Source: Centroscyllium fabricii (lineage: Eukaryota). From it: a stretch of DNA of 64,000 bases. The number at the start of each line of letters is the position of its first letter. Within the stretch, counting starts at the first letter, position 1. This document shows, one piece after another, positions 1 to 14,219 of the stretch. The stretch is from assembly GCA_051313645.2 (NCBI GenBank), contig JBNRSN020000014.1, positions 151,962,001-152,026,000 of the forward strand. Reading direction: 5' to 3'. Under the pieces are notes generated by a model. The model was not told the DNA's origin. It ran no database searches and was given only the letters and a program-made list of their open reading frames with translations. The position numbers and the translations under genes were made by a program.

Positions 1-498
1 GCCCTCAGCCGTCTCCACCTCAAAGGCTACCCTGCCAAAAACTCTTCTCAACTCCTCAGAAAATGTTCTGAAAGAAACGCATGCCGGAGTATCTCTCTCC
101 CACTCGGCAGTACCCCAGAGTCTAGCTCTCCCCGAGAGATGGTTGATCATAAATGCTACTCTTGCCTTCTCGCTGGCAAAGGTGCACGGTTGTAGGGAAA
201 ACAAAATAGAACAGTTCGTAATGAAGGGGTCGCACTGTTCTGGTTCACCAGCATAATGCTCTGGTACTCCAACCCGGGGCTCGGGTGTGAAGCTCTGAAG
301 TAGAGGCAGGGAAACTGATTCAGCTGTTGAAACAGGTTCCGGTGTGGAAGAAGTCCCTGCTGGGTTAGCTACAGCGAACGCCCTCAAGTCAGATATTAGC
401 CGTTCTATTTTAGAGAACAAATCCCCAAAAGCCTGACCCTGATGTGTCAGGACCTCCTCCATGCGCGCCAGACGTCCCGGTGTGTCCGCTGGGTTCAT
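1..498 (-). CDS. gag: E1 Gag N-terminal part (open to the window edge; absent from the ORF track because no stop lies in the window)
   Basis: Manual translation from the ATG at 498 gives MNPADTPGRLARMEEVLTHQGQAFGDLFSKIERLISDLRAFAVANPAGTSSTPEPVSTAESVSLPLLQSFTPEPRVGVPEHYAGEP..., colinear with the E3 Gag. Confidence 0.9.
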   Translation of the reverse strand, partial: MNPADTPGRLARMEEVLTHQGQAFGDLFSKIERLISDLRAFAVANPAGTSSTPEPVSTAESVSLPLLQSFTPEPRVGVPEHYAGEPEQCDPFITNCSILFSLQPCTFASEKARVAFMINHLSGRARLWGTAEWERDTPACVSFRTFSEELRRVFGRVAFEVETAEG

Positions 499-503
499 GA
501 TTG

Positions 504-514
504 GTCGGGGTGTT
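504..514 (-). promoter_or_regulatory. E1 self-priming primer-binding site (AACACCCCGAC)
   Basis: It starts 1 nt after the LTR end and is 10/11 complementary to LTR sequence GTCGGAGTGTT (929-939, minus), which lies ~24 nt downstream of TATAAG. Confidence 0.7.
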
Positions 515-515
515 C

Positions 516-1067
516 TGTAATGGTTCGGTTTCGAACCCAATAGCAGAACACCGGAGACAGTCTATAGTAAATGGGTGCTTTAATCCTAATTATAACAACA
601 GTGCATATAGAGATATCAAAACACATAGAGTATAATCCACAATGCACAACAAAGATAACAATAGTCCAAGATACCGATAGCCGGTAAGCCAGAGTTCAAA
701 TGTCCAAACCCCAATCCTTGGTGGTTGAAAAAGCAAGGCCCAAAAGTCTGGTGCTGCAGTACTCCCAATAATCACAGTTCAGGAAAGGACACTCCTTGTT
801 CGGTGTAACAGGTAATCCCACACGGCAGGAACCAGGAATCCAAAACGATTGGAAACGAATACAAATATAACTCCAGAAGTAACAGGCTACAGGAAATAAC
901 AGAACTCTTAAACAAGCAGCATAGAAATAACACTCCGACAAAGTCCTAGGGCTAACAGGTGGCTTATATCTAGAATTTAGACCAATCAGATGTGTTACAT
1001 TACAATAGGTGATGATCCAATAATGAACTGCAGCCTAGACATTTAAAGTGACAGTCCACCCATGACA
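516..1067 (-). repeat. E1 5' LTR (552 bp)
   Basis: TG...CA termini match those of E2/E3. TATAAG lies at 963-968 (minus) and ATTAAA at 579-584 (minus). The U5 motif CCGGTGTTCTGCTATTGGGTTC is shared with the other LTRs. Confidence 0.88.
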
Positions 1068-4000
1068 GAGAGAGGACTCACTGAGAGAGGATTGACTGAG
1101 AGAGAACTGACTGAGGGAGGACTGACTGAGAGAGGATTGACTGAGAGAGAGCTGTTGAGAGAGGATTGACTGAGGGAGGACTGACTGAGAGAGAACTGAC
1201 TGAGAGAGGACTGACTGAGAGAGGATTGACTGAGGGAGGATTAACTGAGAGAGGATTGACTGAGAGAGAACTGACTGAGAGAGGATTGACTGAGGGAGGT
1301 TTGACTGAGAGAGGATTGACTGAGGGAGGATTGACTGAGAGAGAACTGACTGAGTGAGGATTGACTGAGAGAGGATTGTCTGAGGGAGGATTGGCTGAGA
1401 GTGAACTGACTGAGAGAGGATTGACTGAGGGAGGATTCACTGAGAGAGGATTGACTGAGACAGAACTGACTGAGAGAGGATTGACTGAGGGACGATTGAC
1501 TGAGAGAGGATTGACTGAGAGAGAACTGACTGAGAGAGGATTGACTGAGAGAGGATTGACTGAGCGAGGATTGACTGAGGGAGGGTTGACTGAGAGAGAA
1601 CAGACTGAGAGAAGATTGACTGAGGGAGGATTGACTGAGAGAGGATTGACTGAGAGAGAACTGACTGAGAGAGGATTGACTGAGAGAGACCTGACTGAGG
1701 GAGGACTGACTGAGAGAGGATTGACTGTGAGAGGAATGACTCAGAGAACTGACTGAGAGAGGACTGACTGAGAGAGGACTGATTGAGAGAGGACTGACTG
1801 AGAGAGTACTGACTGAGGGAGGAATGACTGAGAGAGGATTGACTAAGAGAGAACTGACGGAGAGAGGACTGAGAGAGGCCTGACTGAGAGCGGATTGACT
1901 GAGCGAGGATTGACTGAGAGAGGATTGACTGAGAGAGGATTGACTGAGAGAGGATTGACTGAGGGAGGATTGACTGAGAGAGGATTGACTGAGGGAGGAT
2001 TGACTGAGGGAGGATTGACTGAGAGAGTATTGACTGAGAGAGAACTGACTGAGAGAAGATTGACTGAGGGAGGATTGACTGAGAGAGGATTGACTGAGAG
2101 AGGACTGACTGAGAGAGGATTGACTGAGAGAGAACTGACTGAGAGCGGATTGACTGAGAGAGGATTGACTGAGAGAGGACTGACTGAGAGAGAACTGACT
2201 GAGAGAGGATTGGCTGAGGGAGAACTGACTGAGGGAGAACTGACTGAGAGAGCATTGACTGAGAGAGGACTGACTGAGAGAGGACTGACTGAGAGAGGAC
2301 TGACTGAGAGAGGATTGACTGAGAGAGGATTGACTGAGAGAGGATTGACTGAGAGAGGATTGACTGAGGGAGGATTGACTGAGAGACTATTGACTGAGAG
2401 AGGACTGACTGAGAGAGGATTGACTAAGGGAGGATTGACTGAGAGAGGATTGACTGAGAGAGGATTGACTGAGAGAACTGGCTGAGAGAGAACTGACTGA
2501 GCGATGATTGACTGAGAGAGGATTGACTGAGAGAGGATTGACTGAGAGAGGATTGACTGAGAGAGGATTGACTGAGAGAACTGGCTGAGAGAGAACTGAC
2601 TGAGAGAGGATTGACTGAGAGAGGATTGACTGAGAGAGGATTGACTGAGAGAACTGACTGAGAGAGAACTGACTGAGAGAGGATTGACTGAGAGCGGATT
2701 GACTGAGAGAACTGACTGAGAGAGGACAGACTGAGAGAGGATTGACTGAGAGAACTGACTGAGAGAGAAAAGACTGAGAGCGGATTGACTGAGAGAGTAT
2801 TGACTGAGAGAGGAATGACTGAGAGCGAACAGACTGAGAGAGGATTGACTAAGAGACGATTGACTGAGAGAGGATTGACTGAGAGAGGACTGACTGAGTG
2901 AGAACTGACTGAGGGAAGATTGACTGAGAGAGGATTGACTGAGAGAGGATTGACTGAGAGAGGATTGACTGAGAGAAAACTGACTGAGAGAGGATTGACT
3001 GAGAGAGGATAGACTGAGAGATGATTGACAGAGAGGAGATTGTCTGAGAGAGGATTGACTCAGAGAACCGACTGACAGAGGACTGACTGAGAGAGGACTG
3101 ATTGAGAGAGGACTGACAGACAGAGAACTGATTGAGGGAGGAATGACTGAGAGAGGACTGATTGAGAGAGGACTGACTGAGAGAGGACTGATTGAGAGAG
3201 GACTGACTGACAGAGAACTGGCTGAGAGAGGACTGACTGAAAGAGGATTGACTGAGCGAGGATTGACTGAGAGAGGATTGACTGAGAGAGGATTGACTGA
3301 GGGAGGATTGACTGAGAGAGGATTGACTGAGGGACGATTGACTGAGAGAGGATTGACTGAGGGAGGATTGACTGAGAGAGGATTGACTGAGAGAGAACTG
3401 ACTGAGAGAGAACTGACTGAGAGAAGATTGACTGAGGGAGGATTGACTGAGAGAGGATTGACTGAGGGAGGACTGACTGAGAGAGGACTGACTGAGAGAG
3501 GATTGACTGAGGGAGGATTGACTGAGAGAGAACTGACTGAGAGACGATTGACTGAGGGAGGATTGACTGAGAGAGGATTGACTGAGAGGGGACTGACTGA
3601 GAGAGGATTGACTGAGAGAGAACTGACTGAGAGAGGATTGACTGAGAGAGGATTGACTGATAGAGGACTGACTGAGGGAGGACTGACTGAGAGAGGATTG
3701 ACTGAGAAATAACTGACTGAGAGGATTGACTGAGGTAGAACTGACTGAGGGAGAACTGATTGAGAGAGGATTGACTGAGGGAGAACTCACTGAGAGAGAA
3801 CAGACTGAGAGAGAACTGACTGAGAGAGGATTGACTGAGAGGACTGCCTGAGGGAGGATTTACTGAGGGAGGATTGACTGAGGAAGGATTGACTGAGAGA
3901 GGATTGACTGAGAGGATTGCCTGAGGGAGGATTGACTGAGAGAGTATTGACTGAGGGATGATTGAATGAGAGAGGATTGACTGAGGGAGGATTGACTGAG

Positions 4001-5343
4001 AGAGAACTGACTCAGAGAGAATTGACTGAGGGAGGATTGACTGAGATAGGATTTACTGAGAGAGAACTGACTGAGAGAGGATTGACTGAGGGAGGAATCA
4101 CTGAGAGAGGATTGACTGAGAGAGAACTGACTGAGAGAGGATTGACTGAGAGAGGATTGACTGAGAGAGGATTGACTGAGGGAGGATTGACTGAGAGAGA
4201 ACTGACTGAGAGAGGATTTACTGAGGGATGATTGACTGAGAGAGGATTGACTGATGGAGGATTGACTGAGAGAGAACTGACTGAGATAGGATTGACTGAG
4301 GGAGGGTTGACTGAGTGAGAATTGACTGAGAGAGGACTGACTGAGAGAGGATTGACTGAGAGAGAACTGACTGAGAGATGATTGACTGAGAGAGGATTGA
4401 CTGATAGAGGACTGACTGAGGGAGGACTGACTGAGAGAGGATTGACTAAGAGAGAACTGACGGAGAGAGGACTGAGAGAGGACTGACTGAGACAGGATTG
4501 ACTGAGCGAGGATTGACTGAGAGAGCATTGACTGAGAGAAGATTGACTGAGGGAGGATTGACTGAGAGAGGATTGACTGAGAGAGAACTGACTGAGAGAA
4601 GATTGACTGATGGAGGATTGACTGAGAGAGGATTGACTGAGGGAGGACTGACTGAGAGAGGACTGACTGAGAGAGGATTGACTGAGGGAGGATTGACTGA
4701 GAGAGAACTGACTGAGAGAGGATTGACTGTGGGAGGATTGACTGAGAGAGGATTGACTGAGAGAGGACTGACTGAGAGAGAATTGACTGAGAGAGAACAG
4801 ACTGAGAGAGGTTTGACTGAGAGAGGATTGACTGAGAGAGGACTGACTGAGAGAGAATTGACTGAGAGAGAACTGACTGAGGGACGACTGACTGAGAGAG
4901 GATTGACTGAGAAATAACTGACTGAGAGGCTTGACTGAGGGAGAACTGACTGAGGGAGAACTGTCTGAGAGAGGATTGACTGAGAGAGCATTGACTGAGA
5001 GAGGATTGACTGAGAGAGGATTGACTGCGAGAGGACAGACTGAGAGAGAACTGACTGAGGGAGGATTGACTGACGGAGGATTGACTGAGGGAGGATTGAC
5101 TGAGGGAGGATTGACTGAGAGAGGACTGACTGAGAGAGGTCTGACTGAGAGAGGATTGACTGAGAGAGGATTGACTGAGAGAGGATTGACTGAGGGAGGA
5201 TTGACTGAGAGAGAACTGACTGAGAGAGGATTTACTGAGGGAGGATTGACTGAGAGAGGATTGACTGAGGGAGCATTGACTGAGAGAGGATTGACTGAGG
5301 GAGAATTGACTGAGAGAGGATTGACTGAGAGAGAACTGACTGA

Positions 5344-8300
5344 GAGAGGATTGACTGAGGGAGTATTGAATGAGAGAGGATTGACTGAGGGAGGATTGAC
5401 TGAGAGAGAACTGACTCAGAGAGAATTGACTGAGGGAGGATTGACAGAGAGAGGATTAACTGAGAGAGAACTGACTGAGAGAGGATTGACTGAGTGAGGA
5501 ATGACTGAGAGAGGATTAACTGAGAGACAACTGACAGAGAGAGGATTGACTGAGAGAGGATTGACTGAGAGAGGATTGACTGAGGGAGGATTGACTGAGA
5601 GAGAACTGACTGAGAGAGGATTTACTGAGGGAGGATTGACTGAGAGAGGATTGACTGAGGGAGGATTGACTGAGAGAGGATTGACTGAGAGAGAACTGAC
5701 TGAGAGAGGATTGACTGAGGGAGAATTGACTGAGAGAGAACAGACTGAGAGAGAACTGACTGAGAGAGGATTGACTGAGAGAGAACTGACTGAGAAAGGA
5801 CTGACTGAGAGAGGATTGACTGAGAGAAGATTGACTGAGGGAGGATTGAATGAGAGAGGATTGACTGAGGGAGGATTGACTGAGAGAAAATTGACTGAGA
5901 GAGAACTGACTGAGAGAGGATTGACTGAGGGAGGATTGACTGAGAGGGGATTGTCTCAGAGAGCATTGACTGAGGGAGGATTGAATGAGAGAGGATTGAC
6001 TGAGGGAGGATTGACTGAGGGAGAACTGACTGAGGGAGAACTGGCTGAGAGAGGACTGACTGAGAGAGGATTGACTGAGAGAGTATTGACTGAGGGAGGA
6101 CTGACTGAGAGAGAACTGACTGAGAGAGGATTGACTGAGAGAGGATTGACTGAGAGAGGATTGACTGAGAGAGGATTGACTGAGAGAGAACTGACTGAGA
6201 GAGGATTGACTGAGGGAGGACTGACTGAGAGAGAACTGACTGAGAGAGAACTGACTGAGAGAGGACTGACTGAGAGAGGATTGACTGAGAGAGAACTGAC
6301 TGAGGGAGGACTGACTGAGAGAGGATTGACAGAGAGAGAACTGACTGAGAGAGGACTGACTGAGAGAGGATTGACTGAGGGAGGACTGACTGAGGGAGGA
6401 TTGACTGAGAGTGGATTGACTGACTGAGAGAGGATTGACTGACAGAGAACTGACTGAGGGAGGATTGACTGAGGGAGTTTTGACTGAGAGAGGATTGACT
6501 GAGGGACGATTGACTGAGAGGGAACTGACTGAGAGAGGATTGACTGAGAGAAGATTGACTGAGGGAGGATTGACTGAGGGAGGATTGACTGAGAGAGGAT
6601 TGACTGAGGGAGGATTGACTGAGAGAGAACTGACTGAGAGAGGATTGACTGAGAGAAGATTGACTGAGAGAGGATTGACTGAGGGAGGATTGACTGAGAG
6701 AGGATTGACTGAGAGAGAACTGACTGAGAGAGTATTGACTGAGGGAGGATTGACTGAGAGAGTATTGACTGAGAGAGAACTGACTGAGAGAGGATTGACT
6801 GAGAGAGGATTGACTGAGAGAGGATTGACTGAGGGAGGATTGACTGAGAGAGAACTGACTGAGAGAGGATTGATTGAGGGAGGATTCACTGAGAGACGAT
6901 TGACTGAGGGAGGATTGACTGAGAGAGGATTGACTGAGAGAGAACTGACTGAGAGAGGATTGACTGAGGGAGGATTGACTGAGAGAGGATTGACTGAGAG
7001 AGAACTGACTGTGAGAGGATTGACTGAGGGAGGATTGACTGAGAGAGGATTGACTGAGAGAGGACTGACTGAGAGAGGATTGACTGAGAGAGAACTGACT
7101 GAGAGAGGATTGACTGAGAGAGGATTGACTGAGAAATAACTGACTGAGAGAAGATTGACTGAGGGAGAACTGACTGAGGGAGAACTGACAGAGAGGATTG
7201 ACTGAGGGAGTATTGAATGAGAGAGGATTGACTGAGGGAGGATTGACTGAGAGAGAACTGACTCAGAGAGAATTGACTGAGGGAGGATTGACAGAGAGAG
7301 GATTAACTGAGAGAGAACTGACTGAGAGAGGATTGACTGAGTGAGGAATGACTGAGAGAGGATTAACTGAGAGACAACTGACAGAGAGAGGATTGACTGA
7401 GAGAGGATTGACTGAGAGAGGATTGACTGAGGGAGGATTGACTGAGAGAGAACTGACTGAGAGAGGATTTACTGAGGGAGGATTGACTGAGAGAGGATTG
7501 ACTGAGGGAGGATTGACTGAGAGAGGATTGACTGAGAGAGAACTGACTGAGAGAGGATTGACTGAGGGAGAATTGACTGAGAGAGAACAGACTGAGAGAG
7601 AACTGACTGAGAGAGGATTGACTGAGAGAGAACTGACTGAGAAAGGACTGACTGAGAGAGGATTGACTGAGAGAAGATTGACTGAGGGAGGATTGAATGA
7701 GAGAGGATTGACTGAGGGAGGATTGACTGAGAGAAAATTGACTGAGAGAGAACTGACTGAGAGAGGATTGACTGAGGGAGGATTGACTGAGAGGGGATTG
7801 TCTCAGAGAGCATTGACTGAGGGAGGATTGAATGAGAGAGGATTGACTGAGGGAGGATTGACTGAGGGAGAACTGACTGAGGGAGAACTGGCTGAGAGAG
7901 GACTGACTGAGAGAGGATTGACTGAGAGAGTATTGACTGAGGGAGGACTGACTGAGAGAGAACTGACTGAGAGAGGATTGACTGAGAGAGGATTGACTGA
8001 GAGAGGATTGACTGAGAGAGGATTGACTGAGAGAGAACTGACTGAGAGAGGATTGACTGAGGGAGGACTGACTGAGAGAGAACTGACTGAGAGAGAACTG
8101 ACTGAGAGAGGACTGACTGAGAGAGGATTGACTGAGAGAGAACTGACTGAGGGAGGACTGACTGAGAGAGGATTGACAGAGAGAGAACTGACTGAGAGAG
8201 GACTGACTGAGAGAGGATTGACTGAGGGAGGACTGACTGAGGGAGGATTGACTGAGAGTGGATTGACTGACTGAGAGAGGATTGACTGACAGAGAACTGA

Positions 8301-9057
8301 CTGAGGGAGGATTGACTGAGGGAGTTTTGACTGAGAGAGGATTGACTGAGGGACGATTGACTGAGAGGGAACTGACTGAGAGAGGATTGACTGAGAGAAG
8401 ATTGACTGAGGGAGGATTGACTGAGGGAGGATTGACTGAGAGAGGATTGACTGAGGGAGGATTGACTGAGAGAGAACTGACTGAGAGAGGATTGACTGAG
8501 AGAAGATTGACTGAGAGAGGATTGACTGAGGGAGGATTGACTGAGAGAGGATTGACTGAGAGAGAACTGACTGAGAGAGTATTGACTGAGGGAGGATTGA
8601 CTGAGAGAGTATTGACTGAGAGAGAACTGACTGAGAGAGGATTGACTGAGAGAGGATTGACTGAGAGAGGATTGACTGAGGGAGGATTGACTGAGAGAGA
8701 ACTGACTGAGAGAGGATTGATTGAGGGAGGATTCACTGAGAGACGATTGACTGAGGGAGGATTGACTGAGAGAGGATTGACTGAGAGAGAACTGACTGAG
8801 AGAGGATTGACTGAGGGAGGATTGACTGAGAGAGGATTGACTGAGAGAGAACTGACTGTGAGAGGATTGACTGAGGGAGGATTGACTGAGAGAGGATTGA
8901 CTGAGAGAGGACTGACTGAGAGAGGATTGACTGAGAGAGAACTGACTGAGAGAGGATTGACTGAGAGAGGATTGACTGAGAAATAACTGACTGAGAGAAG
9001 ATTGACTGAGGGAGAACTGACTGAGGGAGAACTGACAGAGAGGATTGACTGAGGGAG
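5344..9057 (+). repeat. Higher-order tandem duplication inside the satellite, period 1847 bp
   Basis: ORF-track translations are identical at offset 1847 (5501/7348, 5622/7469, 6435/8282), and rare variants recur in register. Confidence 0.9.
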
Positions 9058-12000
9058 AACTGACTGAGAGAGAACTGACTGAGAGAGAACTGACTGAGAG
9101 AGGATTGACTGAGAGACGATTGACTGAGAGACGATTGACTGCGAGAGGACTGACTGAGAGAGGACTGACTGAGAGTGGATTGACTGAGGGAGGATTGAAT
9201 GAGAGAGGATTGACTGAGGGCGGATTGACTGAGAGAGAACTGACTCAGAGAAGATTGACCGAGGGAGGATTGACTGAGAGAGGATTGACTGATAGAGAAC
9301 TGACTGAGAGAGGATTGACTGAGGGAGGAATGACAGAGAGGATTGACTGAGAGAGAACTGACTGAGAGAGGATTGACTGAGAGAGGATTGACTGAGAGAG
9401 GATTGACTGAGGGAGGATTGACTGAGAGAGAACTGATTGAGAGAGTATTTACTGAGGGAGGATTGACTGAGAGAGGATTGACTGAGGGAGGATTGACTGA
9501 GAGAGCATTGACTGAGAGAGGATTGACTGGGAGAGAACTGACTGAGAGAGTACTGACTGAGGGAGGATTGACTGAGAGAGTATTGACTGAGAGAGAACTG
9601 ACAGAGAGGATTGACTGAGAGAGGATTGACTGAGAGAGGATTGACTGAGGGAGGATTGACTGAGAGAGAACTGACTGAGAGAGGATTGATTGAGGGAGGA
9701 TTCACTGAGAGACGATTGACTGAGGGAGAATTGACTGAGAGAGGATTGACTAAGAGAGAACTGACTGAGAGAGGATTGACTGAGGGAGGATTGACTGAGA
9801 GAGGATTGACTGAGAGAGAACTGACTGTGAGAGGATTGACTGAGGGAGGATTGACTGAGAGAGGATTGACTGAGAGAGGACTGACTGAGAGTGGATTGAC
9901 TGAGAGAGAACTGACTGAGAGAGGATTGACTGAGAGAGGATTGACTGATAGAGGACTGACTGAGGGAGGACTGACTGAGAGAGGATTGACTGAGAAATAA
10001 CTGACTGAGAGAAGATTGACTGAGGGAGAACTGACTGAGGGAGAACTGACTGAGAGAGGATTGACTGAGGGAGAACTGACTGAGAGAGAACTGACTGAGA
10101 GAGAACTGACTGAGAGAGGATTGACTGAGAGAGGATTGACTGAGAGAGGATTGATTGCGAGAGGACTGACTGCGAGAGGACTGACTGAGAGAGGATTGAC
10201 TGAGGGAGGATTGACTGAGGGAGGATTGACTGAGGGAGGATTGACTGAGGGAGGATTGACTGAGGGAGGATTGACTGAGAGACGACTGACTGAGAGAGGA
10301 CTGACTGAGAGAGGATTGACTGAGATAGGATTGACTGAGGGAGGATTGACTGAGAGAGTATTGACTGAGGGATGATTGAATGAGAGAGGATTGACTGAGG
10401 GAGGATTGCCTGAGAGAGAACTGACTCAGAGAAGATTGACCGAGGGAGGATTGACTGAGAGAGAACTGACTGAGAGAGGATTGACTGAGAGAGGATTGAC
10501 TGAGAAATAACTGACTGAGAGAAGATTGACTGAGGGAGAACTGACTGAGGGAGAACTGACAGAGAGGATTGACTGAGGGAGAACTGACTGAGAGAGAACT
10601 GACTGAGAGAGAACTGACTGAGAGAGGATTGACTGAGAGACGATTGACTGAGAGAGGATTGACTGCGAGAGGACTGACTGAGAGAGGACTGACTGAGAGT
10701 GGATTGACTGAGGGAGGATTGAATGAGAGAGGATGGACTGAGGGCGGATTGACTGAGAGAGAACTGACTCAGAGAAGATTGACCGAGGGAGGATTGACTG
10801 AGAGAGGATTGACTGAGAGAGAACTCACTGAGAGAGGATTGACTGAGGGAGGAATGATAGAGAGGATTGACTGAGAGAGAACTGACTGAGAGAGGATTGA
10901 CTGAGAGAGGATTGACTGAGAGAGGATTGACTGAGGGAGGATTGACTGAGAGAGAACTGACTGAGAGAGTATTTACTGAGGGAGGATTGACTGAGAGAGG
11001 ATTGACTGAGGGACGATTGACTGAGAGAGCATTGACTGAGAGAGGATTGACTGGGAGAGAACTGACTGAGAGAGTATTGACTGAGGGAGGATTGACTGAG
11101 AGAGTATTGACTGAGAGAGAACTGACAGAGAGGATTGACTGAGAGAGGATTGACTGAGAGAGGATTGACTGAGGGAGGATTGACTGAGAGAGAACTGACT
11201 GAGAGAGGATTGATTGAGGGAGGATTCACTGAGAGACGATTGACTGAGGGAGAATTGACTGAGAGAGGATTGACTAAGAGAGAACTGACTGAGAGAGGAT
11301 TGACTGAGGGAGGATTGACTGAGAGAGGATTGACTGAGAGAGAACTGACTGTGAGAGGATTGACTGAGGGAGGATTGACTGAGAGAGGATTGACTGAGAG
11401 AGGACTGACTGAGAGTGGATTGACTGAGAGAGAACTGACTGAGAGAGGATTGACTGAGAGAGGATTGACTGATAGAGGACTGACTGAGGGAGGACTGACT
11501 GAGAGAGGATTGACTGAGAAATAACTGACTGAGAGAAGATTGACTGAGGGAGAACTGACTGAGGGAGAACTGACTGAGAGAGGATTGACTGAGGGAGAAC
11601 TGACTGAGAGAGAACTGACTGAGAGAGAACTGACTGAGAGAGGATTGACTGAGAGAGGATTGACTGAGAGAGGACTGACTGCGAGAGGACTGACTGCGAG
11701 AGGACTGACTGAGAGAGGATTGACTGAGGGAGGATTGACTGAGGGAGGATTGACTGAGGGAGGATTGACTGAGGGAGGATTGACTGAGGGAGGATTGACT
11801 GAGAGACGACTGACTGAGAGAGGACTGACTGAGAGAGGATTGACTGAGATAGGATTGACTGAGGGAGGATTGACTGAGAGAGTATTGACTGAGGGAGGAT
11901 TGAATGAGAGAGGATTGACTGAGGGAGGATTGCCTGAGAGAGAACTGACTCAGAGAAGATTGACCGAGGGAGGATTGACTGAGAGAGGATAGACTGAGAG

Positions 12001-14130
12001 AGAACTGACTGAGAGAGGATTGACTGAGGAGGAATGACTGAGAGAGGATTGACTGAGAGAGGATTGACTGAGAGAGGATTGACTGAGGGAGGATTGACTG
12101 AGGGAGGATTGACTGAGAGAGAACTGACTGAGAGAGGATTGACTGAGGGAGGATTGACTCAGAGAGGATTGACTCAGAGAGGATTGATTGAGGGAGGATT
12201 GACTGAGAGAGGATTGACTCAGAGAATTGACTGTGAGAGGACTGACTGAGAGAGGACTGATTGAGAGAGGACTGACTGACAGAGAACTGACTGAGGGAGG
12301 AATGACTGAGAGAGGATTTACTAAGAGAGAACTGACGGAGAGAGGACTGAGAAAGGACTGACTGAGAGAGGATTGACTGAGTGAGGATTGACTGAGAGAG
12401 GATTGACTGAGAGAGGATTGACTGAGAGAGGATTGACTGCGAGAGGACTGACTGAGAGAGGACTGACTGAGAGTGGATTGACTGAGGGAGGATTGAATGA
12501 GAGAGGATGGACTGAGGGCGGATTGACTGAGAGAGAACTGACTCAGAGAAGATTGACCGAGGGAGGATTGACTGAGAGAGGATTGACTGAGAGAGAACTC
12601 ACTGAGAGAGGATTGACTGAGGGAGGAATGACAGAGAGGATTGACTGAGAGAGAACTGACTGAGAGAGGATTGACTGAGAGAGGATTGACTGAGAGAGGA
12701 TTGACTGAGGGAGGATTGACTGAGAGAGAACTGACTGAGAGAGTATTTACTGAGGGAGGATTGACTGAGAGAGGATTGACTGAGGGACGATTGACTGAGA
12801 GAGCATTGACTGAGAGAGGATTGACTGGGAGAGAACTGACTGAGAGAGTATTGACTGAGGGAGGATTGACTGAGAGAGTATTGACTGAGAGAGAACTGAC
12901 AGAGAGGGTTGACTGAGAGAGGATTGACTGAGAGAGGATTGACTGAGGGAGGATTGACTGAGAGAGAACTGACTGAGAGAGGATTGATTGAGGGAGGATT
13001 CACTGAGAGACGATTGACTGAGGGAGAATTGACTGAGAGAGGATTGACTAAGAGAGAACTGACTGAGAGAGGATTGACTGAGGGAGGATTGACTGAGAGA
13101 GGATTGACTGAGAGAGAACTGACTGTGAGAGGATTGACTGAGGGAGGATTGACTGAGAGAGGATTGACTGAGAGAGGACTGACTGAGAGTGGATTGACTG
13201 AGAGAGAACTGACTGAGAGAGGATTGACTGAGAGAGGATTGACTGATAGAGGACTGACTGAGGGAGGACTGACTGAGAGAGGATTGACTGAGAAATAACT
13301 GACTGAGAGAAGATTGACTGAGGGAGAACTGACTGAGGGAGAACTGACTGAGAGAGGATTGACTGAGAGAGAACTGACTGAGAGAGGATTGACTGAGAGA
13401 GGATTGACTGAGAGAGGACTGACTGCGAGAGGACTGACTGCGAGAGGACTGACTGAGAGAGGATTGACTGAGGGAGGATTGACTGAGGGAGGATTGACTG
13501 AGGGAGGATTGACTGAGGGAGGATTGACTGAGGGAGGATTGACTGAGAGACGACTGACTGAGAGAGGACTGACTGAGAGAGGATTGACTGAGATAGGATT
13601 GACTGAGGGAGGATTGACTGAGAGAGTATTGACTGAGGGAGGATTGAATGAGAGAGGATTGACTGAGGGAGGATTGCCTGAGAGAGAACTGACTCAGAGA
13701 AGATTGACCGAGGGAGGATTGACTGAGAGAGGATAGACTGAGAGAGAACTGACTGAGAGAGGATTGACTGAGGAGGAATGACTGAGAGAGGATTGACTGA
13801 GAGAGGATTGACTGAGAGAGGATTGACTGAGGGAGGATTGACTGAGGGAGGATTGACTGAGAGAGAACTGACTGAGAGAGGATTGACTGAGTGAGGATTG
13901 ACTCAGAGAGGATTGACTCAGAGAGGATTGATTGAGGGAGGATTGACTGAGAGAGGATTGAATCAGAGAATTGACTGTGAGAGGACTGACTGAGAGAGGA
14001 CTGATTGAGAGAGGACTGACTGACAGAGAACTGACTGAGGGAGGAATGACTGAGAGAGGATTTACTAAGAGAGAACTGACGGAGAGAGGACTGAGAAAGG
14101 ACTGACTGAGAGAGGATTGACTGAGTGAGG
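9045..14130 (+). repeat. Higher-order duplications, periods 1524 and 1774 bp (boundaries approximate)
   Basis: Near-identical translations at 9045/10569, 9611/11135 and 10016/11540 (offset 1524), and at 10867/12641, 11135/12909 and 11540/13314 (offset 1774). Confidence 0.82.
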
Positions 14131-14219
14131 ATTGACTGAGAGAGGATTGACTGAGAGAGGATTGACTGAGGGAGGATTGACTGAGAGAGGATTGACTGAG
14201 GGAGGATTGACTGAGAGAG

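Larger units (their letters stand above)
1..1067 (-). mobile_element. E1: 5' part of a Ty3/Gypsy (sushi-like) LTR retrotransposon, truncated by the window edge
   Basis: On the minus strand an LTR runs TGTCATGGGTGG (1067) to ...TTACA (516), then a 17-nt leader and a gag ORF homologous to E2 and E3. The right flank is satellite starting GAGAG. Confidence 0.93.

Noticed and set aside
1061-1076. LTR end TGACA blending into the satellite (TGACAGAGAGAGGA) as evidence of homology-directed or base-exact insertion
   Set aside because: TGTCA is simply the family's LTR terminus. The complete elements have ordinary 5-bp TSDs at three different monomer phases.
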